Source: a virus (lineage: Duplodnaviria > Heunggongvirae > Uroviricota > Caudoviricetes). Taken from it: DNA of 64,000 bases. Positions 54,269-64,000 of the stretch are shown piece after piece (positions within the stretch are counted from its first letter, which is position 1; each line of letters starts with the position of its first letter). The notes beneath the pieces are model-generated. The model was not told the DNA's origin, ran no database searches, and saw nothing but the letters and a program-made list of their open reading frames with translations. Both the position numbers and the translations under genes were made by a program. The stretch spans positions 25,376 to 89,375 of the IMG/VR virus record IMGVR_UViG_3300032241_002220; one strand, given 5' to 3'.

Positions 54269-54675
54269 TGGCATTCGGAGCGAAAAAAATATTTCCAATA
54301 GATACTAAACCGGGAACTGCGGTTGGAGTATCTATTCCTTTTAATGCCCCTGCTGTATTTTATTCAACATATTTTACTAAGGATGCTATTAGAAATAATT
54401 TATTGAATTTTTTTCTAACTAATCAACCTGAAAGATATTTAAATCCAACATTTGGTGCTAATTTAAGAGCATTCATATTCCAACAAATTACTGATGGTAA
54501 TTTAGAGGGATTAAAAGAAAATGTACAATCGCAACTAGCAACTTATTTTCCAAATGTTATAGTAGCATCCTTGGATATTTTACAAGACCCTGATGATAAT
54601 ACTATTACTATGGTTTTAAAATATAATATAGCAGATACCGGTATAACAGATCAATTACAAATTTCATTTCAATAA
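54268..54675 (+). CDS. baseplate wedge protein, gp25/GPW-like
   Basis: 135 aa. PERYLNPTFGANLRAFIFQ matches the gp25-family ERxxxPxFGxxL..LIFEP motif. Confidence 0.7.
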   Translation: MAFGAKKIFPIDTKPGTAVGVSIPFNAPAVFYSTYFTKDAIRNNLLNFFLTNQPERYLNPTFGANLRAFIFQQITDGNLEGLKENVQSQLATYFPNVIVASLDILQDPDDNTITMVLKYNIADTGITDQLQISFQ

Positions 54676-56540
54676 TGGCTACTACTAATACAGCAAAAAA
54701 CATAACCTATATAAATAAAGACTTTACCGAGTTAAGGGCAAGTTTGATAGATTATGCTAAAACATATTTTCCAACAACTTACAATGACTTTACACCAGCT
54801 TCACCTGGTATGATGTTTATTGAAATGGCAGCTTATGTAGGTGATATCTTATCATTTTATTTAGATAATCAATTCCAGGAAAACTATTTACAATATGCTC
54901 GCCAAACAAATAATTTATTTGAATTGGCTTATATGTTTGGTTATAGACCAAATGTAACTCAAGTAGCGACTACTGAAATTACTTTTTATCAACAAGTACC
55001 TGCTATTTTATCGGGCTCAGTTTATGTTCCCGATTATAGTTATGCTTTATTTATCCCAGCAAATACAACTGTAAGTTCAACTTTAACTAATATACCAACA
55101 TTTTTAGTAGAAGATCCTGTTGATTTTACTGTTTCATCTTCACAAGATCCTACAGTAGCAACAGTATATACTGTATCTGGTGGTAATCCCACATATTATT
55201 TATTAACTAAAACTAGAAAATCAATATCGGCTACTATTAATACTACAACATTTAGTTTTGGAGCTCCGGTTCAATTTTCGACAGTTAATATAAATTCTCC
55301 TCAAATCATTGATATATTAGATATATTCGATTCTAATGGTAACCAATGGTATGAAGTAGATTATTTAGGACAAGAAATGGTTTATACACCTATTAAAAAC
55401 ACAAATCCTAATGATCCTAATTATTATAAAGACCAAGGTAATGCCCCTTATCTTTTAAAATTAGAAAAACAACAACGCAGATTTGCAACTAAATTTATAA
55501 ACTCAGGATCACTACAAATCCAGTTTGGTGCTGGTATAGCAAATGATACTGATGAAAATATAACCCCTAATCCAAATAATGTTGGTATAGGTTTACCTTT
55601 TGAAAAAACAAAATTAACTACAGCTTATTCACCTTCAAATTTCCTATTTACAGGAACTTATGGTATTGCTCCTTCAAATACAACTTTAACAGTTAGATAT
55701 TTGACAGGAGGTGGTGTTGCCTCAAATGTTCAATCTAATGTTTTAAATACATTAAATACTAATCCTACATTTTTAAACGCCAATTTAAATCTAACTACAG
55801 CCAACGCTGTTTTTAATTCATTAGCCGTTACAAATTTAATAGCTGCTGATGGTGGTGGTGATGGAGATACAGTAGACGAAATTAGACAAAATGCAATGGC
55901 TAATTTTGCCTCTCAATTACGTAATGTAACCCAAGACGATTATTTAGTAAGAGCATTATCTATGCCAGCCAAATATGGTGTTGTAGCTAAAGCATATATT
56001 GAATCTACAAAACGCACTTTAGTATCTGAAGGTGAATCTAATTCAGTTTTAGATTTATATATCTTAAGTTATGATGCTAATAAAAATTTACAAACAGCAT
56101 CTAATGCTTTAAAACAAAACCTAACAACATATTTAAGCCAATACAGAATGATTGGTGATGCTGTTAATATTAAAGATGGTTTTGTTATTAATATTGGTGT
56201 AAATTTTGAAATAATAGTATTACCTAATTACAACAATAATGACGTTTTAATTAGATGTATAGCGGCTTTACAAACATATTTTTCAATAGATCAATGGTCT
56301 ATTAATCAACCTATTTTATTGAGAGATTTATATGTTTTATTAGATCAAATACAAGGAGTTCAAACAGTAAAAAACATAACAATAACAAATTTAGTTGGAA
56401 CTAATTTAGGATATAGCCCATATGCTTATGATATTAACGCGGCTACTTCAAACGAGGTAATCTATCCTTCACTTGATCCTTCTATCTTTGAAGTTAAATA
56501 TTTAAATCAAGATATTCAAGGTAAAGTAGTACCATTATAA
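54675..56540 (+). CDS. baseplate J-like (gp6-like) protein
   Basis: 621 aa. Immediately follows the gp25-like gene, as in T4-like baseplate cassettes. Confidence 0.5.
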   Translation: MATTNTAKNITYINKDFTELRASLIDYAKTYFPTTYNDFTPASPGMMFIEMAAYVGDILSFYLDNQFQENYLQYARQTNNLFELAYMFGYRPNVTQVATTEITFYQQVPAILSGSVYVPDYSYALFIPANTTVSSTLTNIPTFLVEDPVDFTVSSSQDPTVATVYTVSGGNPTYYLLTKTRKSISATINTTTFSFGAPVQFSTVNINSPQIIDILDIFDSNGNQWYEVDYLGQEMVYTPIKNTNPNDPNYYKDQGNAPYLLKLEKQQRRFATKFINSGSLQIQFGAGIANDTDENITPNPNNVGIGLPFEKTKLTTAYSPSNFLFTGTYGIAPSNTTLTVRYLTGGGVASNVQSNVLNTLNTNPTFLNANLNLTTANAVFNSLAVTNLIAADGGGDGDTVDEIRQNAMANFASQLRNVTQDDYLVRALSMPAKYGVVAKAYIESTKRTLVSEGESNSVLDLYILSYDANKNLQTASNALKQNLTTYLSQYRMIGDAVNIKDGFVINIGVNFEIIVLPNYNNNDVLIRCIAALQTYFSIDQWSINQPILLRDLYVLLDQIQGVQTVKNITITNLVGTNLGYSPYAYDINAATSNEVIYPSLDPSIFEVKYLNQDIQGKVVPL

Positions 56541-56549
56541 TATTAACCC

Positions 56550-57725
56550 ATGGCAGTATATAAAATATTCCCTACCAAAGACGCAACAATATATTCTCTA
56601 TTTCCTAACATGAATACGGGATTAGATGAAATAATTGAATCAACCCAAACCCAAATTAGCACAGCTAATGATGGTAATCCTCAAGTTAGTCGTTTTTTAG
56701 TACAATTTGATCAAAGTGAAATAGATGATGTTCTACATAATAAAATAGGAATTAGTAGTTCTGCTCAATTATTGAATACATCTTCATGGACAGCTAATCT
56801 ACAATGCTTTGTTGCTACAGCCACTGGTTTAGCACTAAACACAACTTTATACCTATACCCAGCTTATGGTAATTGGGGAATGGGAACAGGACACTATTTA
56901 GATGAACCTGAAATAACAGATGGTACTAGTTGGATTTGGTTAGATTATTCTGGTTCTACAGCATGGTTAACTAATAGTTATCCTACTTGTGTAACTGGTT
57001 CTTATAATACAAATTTTGCTTATGCGGGTGGAGGTAATTGGTGGACAGGTTCAACAGTTTCTTGGTTTAATTCTGATACTTATCCTATTACTCAATCTCA
57101 AACATTTGATTATTTTAGCGATAAGGATATAAATATGGATATATCCAATATTGTTAGAGCATGGTATACTGGTTCTATTTCATCAGATGGTGTTATAATA
57201 AAATTATCAGATGCAACTGAGTGGGTTAACAATATTAATGTTCAACCTGAATTAAAATTCTTTAGTAGAGATACTCACACTATTTATCCTCCTCAACTTC
57301 AATTTAGTTGGATAGATTATTCATATAATACTGGTTCACTTACCGTTTTAAATCAACTACCTGCAACAGTAGTATTGGCTGAAAACCCTGGTTTCTTTTA
57401 TTCTAGTAGTATTAATCAATTTAGAGTAAATGCTAGACCTCAATATCCTGCTCAAACATGGCAAACAGCTTCTGTTTATACTCAAAATTATGCTTTACCT
57501 TCTACTTCATATTATGCTATCAAAGATTTAGATACTAATGAGTATGTAATTAATTTTGATACTAAATTTACACAATTAAGTTGTGATGCTACAGGTAGTT
57601 ATTTTACTTTATATATGAATGGTTTAGAACCTGAAAGATATTATACAATATTAATTCAAACAACTATAGCAGGAACAACAATAGTATATAACGATCAATA
57701 TTCATTTAAAGTCATTAACGGATAA
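56550..57725 (+). CDS. baseplate/tail structural protein
   Basis: 391 aa, Ser/Thr/Tyr-rich. Confidence 0.45.
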   Translation: MAVYKIFPTKDATIYSLFPNMNTGLDEIIESTQTQISTANDGNPQVSRFLVQFDQSEIDDVLHNKIGISSSAQLLNTSSWTANLQCFVATATGLALNTTLYLYPAYGNWGMGTGHYLDEPEITDGTSWIWLDYSGSTAWLTNSYPTCVTGSYNTNFAYAGGGNWWTGSTVSWFNSDTYPITQSQTFDYFSDKDINMDISNIVRAWYTGSISSDGVIIKLSDATEWVNNINVQPELKFFSRDTHTIYPPQLQFSWIDYSYNTGSLTVLNQLPATVVLAENPGFFYSSSINQFRVNARPQYPAQTWQTASVYTQNYALPSTSYYAIKDLDTNEYVINFDTKFTQLSCDATGSYFTLYMNGLEPERYYTILIQTTIAGTTIVYNDQYSFKVING

Positions 57726-58081
57726 TGTCAGACCAAATAGTATTAGTAAAACCTTCGTTTAATAAAAACTCTTACGAGCAAGTAATTAACACTCAATTTA
57801 CACAATTAGTACAACCTGTTACTTCTAGTGTAGTGACCCCTACTATTTCTGTTCAACAATTTTTTGAATATTATCAACAATTGTTTTATATCATCCCTAA
57901 ACTTGGAGATATTAATTCTCATCAGTACCTTGCTCAGACAAGTTTGGATTATATAGGAGCAAACACAACAACCGATGACCTAACACAATCTTTACTTACA
58001 GAAATAAATGATTTAAGACAAGAAAATTTAGGTTTACAACAACAAATATTAAACATCACAACCTCATCTTCAATCGCTTAA
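57725..58081 (+). CDS. structural-module small protein
   Basis: 118 aa. Confidence 0.4.
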   Translation: MSDQIVLVKPSFNKNSYEQVINTQFTQLVQPVTSSVVTPTISVQQFFEYYQQLFYIIPKLGDINSHQYLAQTSLDYIGANTTTDDLTQSLLTEINDLRQENLGLQQQILNITTSSSIA

Positions 58082-58086
58082 TATAG

Positions 58087-61000
58087 ATGGCAGAAATAGT
58101 AAACATACAACAACTAAATCCTACTACTTTTGAATTACAAGAGTATTCTGTCCAAGATATTAGTCTTATTCCTATAACTGATACTTTTGATACTTTTGAC
58201 CCTACTGTAGATCATATCGAATATTTTATATTTGATTTAAATGGTAATACTTTATATTCAAATGTAGTTGGTTATCCTAATTTTAGTTTAATTAACAACA
58301 ATGTTGTAATTGATCCTGAAAATGATTTAAAATCTCAAGGATATACTGAAGGTAATTATAATACATTATATAATTTCCTGAAAAATAGAGTATCATCTTC
58401 TCCTACATTTAAATATTATATACAACAAATTAGCACTGATAGAACTGAGGTTAGATTAAATACTACTTCTATTTCTAATGCTAATGTTATAGCTGGTGCT
58501 ACTGATTTTATAAACTATAGAGCTAGTAGTAGTGTATTTATAGATTTTTATCTTGATTTTGGAAACAACAATTTAGTAATAGCTAATAACATTTTACTAG
58601 ATACTACTAATCCAGACAATGCTACTGTATTAATTAAATTATATGAACCTTTACCTGCTCAATTTGATACAAATTCTCAATGTTGGGTAGTAGAAACAAT
58701 CGCTGTACCTCGCGCGTATAATATTAATATAACTCAAACATTCGATGTTTTAAGCAACAATATACCTTTAAAAGGGCCTAATTTAAATATAGCCGTTAAA
58801 GATCAAATTAACAATTCAACTCCTTTTTACAGTTACAATCAATTAACATCAAATAATTCTTCTTTAGGTACAGGAAGTTTACAATACCAAATTAACAGTA
58901 TATTGGCTGAAAAAGGTATTGAAATTAACATTGACTATTCTGACTATTCTCAATTTGTGTTTTTTGCTTCCTCACAAACACAATTAGAAAATTTCTATTA
59001 TAAATTATCTTTACTTGAACAATACCAATACAGTGCAAGTATAGCAGGTCCAAGCACCATAAATCCCTATATTTCATCAAGTAATAACGTTTGGTTAGAT
59101 CAAATAAATGCTATTATGACTGGATTTAGTGGATATGAATATTACCTATACTACAATTCAGGTAGTACATCTTGGCCTAAAACAAACTCAACTTATCCCT
59201 ATACCAATGCTGGATCTAATTCAGTTGCTGGTTTAGCATTTTTAACTTCTCAATCTATTGTTGCTGAAAATTATGATTCTCAAAACAATAATCGTTTAAT
59301 AAATGCTATTCCTTCATATTTAACCTCTGATCCTTCAAACGACCAATATATGTTGTTTGTGGATATGGTTGGTCAAAATTTTGATAGTGTATGGGTTTAT
59401 TTGAAAGATGTTACAAATAAATTTGATGCAGACAACCGTTTAAATTATGGTGTATCTAAAGATTTAATAGCCGAAATTTTAAGAGATTTAGGTGTTAAAA
59501 TTTACCAAAATAATTTTTCAGTAAACGATTTATACTCTGCTTTCTTAGGTATTACACCTTCAGGTAGTTTATATAATTTACCTTATACAACAGGTTCTTT
59601 ACCTACTCCTCAAGGTTATGAATACATAAACAATTATGTAACAGCTTCTGCAACAGGCTCTTTAATGCCTACCTATGACATTAATGCTGAAACATACAAA
59701 CGTATTTACAACAATTTACCTTACCTACTTAAGAAAAAAGGTACAGTTGAAGGTTTAAGAGCATTGATTACTTTATATGGTGTTCCTGATACTATTTTAC
59801 GTATAAACGAATTTGGTGGTAAAGATAAAAATCCAAATACATGGGATAATTGGCAATACGAATACAATTATGCTTTAGTAAACAATAACCCAAGTTATAG
59901 TAATTCAGCTGTTGTAACTCCATGGCAATTAGATCCCAATTGGAATACTAGTGCTATATATAATAGACCTCAAACCATAGAATTTAGATTTAAACCTACA
60001 AGTTTACAATATGGTATTTCTAATCCAAGTCAAAGCCTATGGGTTCTAGATAATGGAAATAGTCCTGAAGCTCTATTAGCTATACTTTATACAGGTTCAG
60101 GATACACAAGTGGTTCCTATAATGGTTCTATTCCTGATCCTTATAATCAATATGCAAATTTAGTTTTTTATATTGATAATACAACCACAAACACAGCAAG
60201 TGTTTATTTACCATTTTATAATGGTGATTGGTGGTCTGTTGCTGTAACTACAACAGATGGTATTACCTATAATCTATATGCTGGTAATAGCCAATATGAT
60301 GGATTTGATGGAAATATTTTAGGATATTTTGCTTCATCTTCCGTTACATTAGGTGGTATAGCTTCCTCTTGGACTACAGCAACAACATCATCTTTTCTTC
60401 CAGGAAATGGATATGTTGCTCGTGGATATTCATATAGTGGATTTTCTGGTTCTTTACAAGAAATCAGATATTACAACACAGCTTTAAATCCCTTATCTTT
60501 CCAAGACTATATAATGAATTCAGATTCAATAGAGGGAAATGGAATAGATGGGGGTGCAAGTCAAATTGCTTTTAGAGCTGCTTTAGGTGGTGAATTATAT
60601 ACTGGTTCAAAATCAATTCATCCTTATATAACTGGATCTTGGGTTCCAACCCAATCTTTTAGTAATGGTAATAGCAATTTTACTGTTACAAATAGTATAT
60701 TTGTTCCAAATGTAGAAACTCATTTTTATACCCAAGTACCAGCAGGCATTCAAAATGCTATATCTGATAAAATTCAAAACAAAAATATAGTATTACCTTT
60801 TACAAGCAGTAATACAAATTATACAAATATTCCTAACAATAATGTTTTATCTCCATTTATCTCAATACAACAAAATGTAGTAGCAAGTAGTTCTTATACC
60901 GCTAATGTTGATTATGTTGAGGTAGCTTTTTCACCACAAAATGAAATAAATGAAGATATAAACGATTCACTTGGATATTTTAATATAGGTGAATTTATAG

Positions 61001-61857
61001 GTGATCCTAGAGAAATACCTTCACGTAATACTCACTATCCAGAACTAGATGCTCTAAGAGATTATTATTTTGAAAAATACACAAGTAATTATAATATCTG
61101 GGATTATATAAGACTTATCAAATATTTTGATAACTCTTTATTTAAAATGATCCAAGATTGGGTTCCTGCTCACACTGACCTAGCATCCGGTGTTGTTATA
61201 AAACAACATTTACTTGAAAGAAATAGATACCCTTCACCTTTAGTTAACATTCAAACTACCCAATCATATTATGGTAGTGGTAGCAATCCTGGAATATATT
61301 GGGATTCACCAAATACTTTTGAAGATATTACAATTACTGCCTCTATTAGAACCATTCCTGGTATTTTAGATGGACAAAGAATATTTACTTCATCTACTCA
61401 ATACGAATCTTTTCCAATAGAATTAGTAAGTGGTAGTTCTGGAGGTGTAATGCCTGAATTTAATGGTACAGCTTCAACCAATTTATATTCTAATATAGTA
61501 CAGGTTTGGACAGGTTCTACTCCAAGTTTACTTGGACCTGTAGGATTTGTTGAATCATACCAATATGAATTTTTCAATGGTGAATTAAGTGGTTCTATAA
61601 TAACTGTAGATAATGGAAATTTAACAGACCCAGCAAATAGAATTTATTTAAACGCTAGTACAGCTGAAACACCTTATGAAATTATATTTTACAAATCTAC
61701 CAACTTAGGTGGATCAGGAAACGCACAAGCAATATTTTTAAATGCAAATACAGCACCAGGAAATGGTGAAATGTATATTTATTGGGATTCAGGCAGTTAT
61801 TACAGTCCAATACCTTATTATAATCCTGCTAATGTTGCTAATGCTTATCACCCTTAA
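58087..61857 (+). CDS. large tail fibre / baseplate-associated protein
   Basis: 1256 aa. Asn/Ser/Thr/Tyr/Gly-rich, typical of fibre proteins. Confidence 0.55.
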   Translation: MAEIVNIQQLNPTTFELQEYSVQDISLIPITDTFDTFDPTVDHIEYFIFDLNGNTLYSNVVGYPNFSLINNNVVIDPENDLKSQGYTEGNYNTLYNFLKNRVSSSPTFKYYIQQISTDRTEVRLNTTSISNANVIAGATDFINYRASSSVFIDFYLDFGNNNLVIANNILLDTTNPDNATVLIKLYEPLPAQFDTNSQCWVVETIAVPRAYNINITQTFDVLSNNIPLKGPNLNIAVKDQINNSTPFYSYNQLTSNNSSLGTGSLQYQINSILAEKGIEINIDYSDYSQFVFFASSQTQLENFYYKLSLLEQYQYSASIAGPSTINPYISSSNNVWLDQINAIMTGFSGYEYYLYYNSGSTSWPKTNSTYPYTNAGSNSVAGLAFLTSQSIVAENYDSQNNNRLINAIPSYLTSDPSNDQYMLFVDMVGQNFDSVWVYLKDVTNKFDADNRLNYGVSKDLIAEILRDLGVKIYQNNFSVNDLYSAFLGITPSGSLYNLPYTTGSLPTPQGYEYINNYVTASATGSLMPTYDINAETYKRIYNNLPYLLKKKGTVEGLRALITLYGVPDTILRINEFGGKDKNPNTWDNWQYEYNYALVNNNPSYSNSAVVTPWQLDPNWNTSAIYNRPQTIEFRFKPTSLQYGISNPSQSLWVLDNGNSPEALLAILYTGSGYTSGSYNGSIPDPYNQYANLVFYIDNTTTNTASVYLPFYNGDWWSVAVTTTDGITYNLYAGNSQYDGFDGNILGYFASSSVTLGGIASSWTTATTSSFLPGNGYVARGYSYSGFSGSLQEIRYYNTALNPLSFQDYIMNSDSIEGNGIDGGASQIAFRAALGGELYTGSKSIHPYITGSWVPTQSFSNGNSNFTVTNSIFVPNVETHFYTQVPAGIQNAISDKIQNKNIVLPFTSSNTNYTNIPNNNVLSPFISIQQNVVASSSYTANVDYVEVAFSPQNEINEDINDSLGYFNIGEFIGDPREIPSRNTHYPELDALRDYYFEKYTSNYNIWDYIRLIKYFDNSLFKMIQDWVPAHTDLASGVVIKQHLLERNRYPSPLVNIQTTQSYYGSGSNPGIYWDSPNTFEDITITASIRTIPGILDGQRIFTSSTQYESFPIELVSGSSGGVMPEFNGTASTNLYSNIVQVWTGSTPSLLGPVGFVESYQYEFFNGELSGSIITVDNGNLTDPANRIYLNASTAETPYEIIFYKSTNLGGSGNAQAIFLNANTAPGNGEMYIYWDSGSYYSPIPYYNPANVANAYHP

Positions 61858-61867
61858 AATTTAAAAA

Positions 61868-63952
61868 ATGGCAAATACACCATCATATACACAAGGAATT
61901 AAATACATTAAAATATCTAAAAAAGATGCTAATGGAAATGATCAAACAAATGAATTACAAAATTTAAATGATATTAGAGTATTATTTGGTGATATAATTT
62001 CTCCTGTTGATTATTTTGTAGCTTCGATAAATGAATATCCATCCTATTATTTATATGTTATTGCTCCAACAAATGTTACTTCATCTGTTGATGATGAAAT
62101 TTTAAATTATCAAGTTTCTGCTAGTTCAAATACTTTAGATTCTTCTACTGGAAATATTATATCTTATTCTGTAGTATCTAATCCTACAAATTATTTTACA
62201 GCATCTTCGGGTTATTGGACTTTAGGAAATACACCAAATATTTCTCCTTTAAATATAACTTGTTCTATAAGCTTTAGTGTAATTCCTACAGGTTTTGGAA
62301 ATTCATTTTTAGGAGGAGCTATTCTTGCTTCTCTTAATTTACACCAAATATCAAATGGAGTAGACACTATAATAAATTCTTCAACAGTAGGTATATCTTT
62401 AAACCCTTATCCTGGAGCAACTGCTGGACCTTATACTCTAAGTTTAAATTCAGCTTTATATCCTGTTGAAAATTCATCATATTATTTATCTTTTACTCCT
62501 ACTCCTACTGGTTTAAATACATTTACTAGTTATTGTTACATATATAGTGTAAATAATTCCCAATTTCAAGTAACACAATCTATTGCTCCATATACCTCAC
62601 CAGGCAATAACTTGGTAGTATTAGAACCTTATATTGATGGTCAATTTGAAGGAAGTGATGCTAATGTTTTACAAAACAATGTAATAACTAACCAAATAGA
62701 TCCACTATACATGATGGTGGATTATAATAATAATTCTATAATTGCTGAAAACCAAGCCGCTATTTTAAATGGTTCAGCAACAAGAGCTCAAGTTCAGCCA
62801 TGGAATTATACATACGCTTCTCAAATAAGTGGTAGATATATTGGTAGAGAACAAAACGCAATAGCTTACAACACATATACAAGTGCAAGTCAATTTGCAA
62901 CTTCTTCTGCTTTTGGATTCTCTGGTTCTTGGCCTGGTGATACAACATCTCCCTCAGTAAATGGTAGTGTTGTTATTGAACAATTAGACAGTTGTATTTA
63001 CGAAATAAATTGGGGAGGTGGAGGTTATCCTGAAAATTCAAATGGTGGTGGATTTAGTTTAAACAATATTCTTTTAGTAGGATCTAATAAAGATGATGTT
63101 ACTGTAATATCACCGGATAATCCTTTATATTATGATACTATAACTAAAAATCTTCCTTATCTTTCTCAACTTTTAGTTAGACAATATAACCCAACTTCAA
63201 ATTCTACATTAATTGCTACTTCACTTTATCCTGGTATTAGTTTAAATGATGCTGTTTATTGGATACCTTCTGATTATTCTGAAAATTCAGCATATACAGG
63301 CTATTTTTACCCAACAGGGTCTGGATCAATTGTTAATCAACCTCTTATCCAATTATATTCTACAGGAAGTACTGGAAATTATAATTTTATACCTCCCGGA
63401 ACTAGAATTAATGGAGTACAACAAATAGTTCGTCCATATTATCCTATGGATCAAGCTATGATTACTATAAGTAGTAGTTTATCCCCTAGTAATCCGTGGT
63501 TTGCTAGTTTATATTATGGAAGCGGAATTATAGGAGCTTCAGGAAGTATACCTGGATTAGGAGAAATAGCTAGTGGAAGTTCTACATATCAGATAGGTTA
63601 TCCTTTTGAAATAACTTCTATCTATTATGATCCTACTGTTATAGGTCCTAGTAGTCAATCAAAGGCATGGAATATTTTTATAAAAAATGCAAATCCTAAT
63701 TTATTTACTAATTTATCATCTATTAATCCTATAGGAACTAATGGTACTACTGTTTATCAACTTGGTTTAATACTTACTAATGGGAATAACCCAAATACTT
63801 CTATTGTAGTTTATATACCTTCACCTCAAGGTGCATGGAATCAATTTAGTGGTATAGGAACAGGTTACATAACAACCCAATACCCAACAGAAACAATTCA
63901 ACAGAACATAAATTATATTACTAAAAAATATGGTAATAATCCAAACCCTTAA
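61868..63952 (+). CDS. tail fibre protein
   Basis: 694 aa. Ser/Thr/Asn/Gly-rich repetitive composition. Confidence 0.5.
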   Translation: MANTPSYTQGIKYIKISKKDANGNDQTNELQNLNDIRVLFGDIISPVDYFVASINEYPSYYLYVIAPTNVTSSVDDEILNYQVSASSNTLDSSTGNIISYSVVSNPTNYFTASSGYWTLGNTPNISPLNITCSISFSVIPTGFGNSFLGGAILASLNLHQISNGVDTIINSSTVGISLNPYPGATAGPYTLSLNSALYPVENSSYYLSFTPTPTGLNTFTSYCYIYSVNNSQFQVTQSIAPYTSPGNNLVVLEPYIDGQFEGSDANVLQNNVITNQIDPLYMMVDYNNNSIIAENQAAILNGSATRAQVQPWNYTYASQISGRYIGREQNAIAYNTYTSASQFATSSAFGFSGSWPGDTTSPSVNGSVVIEQLDSCIYEINWGGGGYPENSNGGGFSLNNILLVGSNKDDVTVISPDNPLYYDTITKNLPYLSQLLVRQYNPTSNSTLIATSLYPGISLNDAVYWIPSDYSENSAYTGYFYPTGSGSIVNQPLIQLYSTGSTGNYNFIPPGTRINGVQQIVRPYYPMDQAMITISSSLSPSNPWFASLYYGSGIIGASGSIPGLGEIASGSSTYQIGYPFEITSIYYDPTVIGPSSQSKAWNIFIKNANPNLFTNLSSINPIGTNGTTVYQLGLILTNGNNPNTSIVVYIPSPQGAWNQFSGIGTGYITTQYPTETIQQNINYITKKYGNNPNP

Positions 63953-64000
63953 TTAAAAAATTAAATTCTTTATATATTTATAATAAAAATACACTAAAAA

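Overview
The window looks like one contiguous stretch of a large, AT-rich tailed phage genome. Every supportable gene is on the + strand. The host is probably in Bacteroidetes/Flavobacteriia, judging from Bacteroidetes-type promoters (-33 TTTG, -7 TAnnTTTAcg), A-rich leaders without Shine-Dalgarno sequences, and a T9SS/gliding-type C-terminal sorting domain protein. Order of content: (1) 0.9-8.7 kb is a glycan-biosynthesis island with GT1 and GT2 glycosyltransferases, a SAM methyltransferase and UDP-galactopyranose mutase. (2) 9-41 kb is an early/middle region of small genes, about 20 copies of one conserved promoter, an insertion-bearing thymidylate synthase, two metallophosphoesterases, a P-loop kinase, NAD salvage genes (NadV plus Prs-like), an Rnl2-family RNA ligase, an AAA ATPase and a glucosaminidase. 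(3) 42.0-45.2 kb plus 47.0 kb is a dense array of about 24 tRNA genes, several with encoded CCA and several non-canonical tRNA-like elements. A Ro60/TROVE-vWA protein, a tmRNA gene (tag ending ALAA) and an HD phosphohydrolase follow. (4) 50-64 kb is a late-sigma-like gene and a baseplate/tail-fibre module (gp25-like, baseplate J-like, 1256 aa and 694 aa fibre proteins). The most interesting signal is a phage-borne translation and RNA-repair toolkit: tRNA array, tmRNA, Ro60, RNA ligase, and kinase/phosphoesterase end-healing candidates. Around it sit unusual tRNA-like RNAs, including a tRNA-like minihelix copying the tmRNA 3' domain. There is also a compound regulatory element (conserved box ATAAATACAATCTCTCGCGG plus a hairpin enclosing the -33 element) reused at several promoters. 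All RNA folds and protein assignments were read by eye from the sequence and remembered family motifs; no searches were run.
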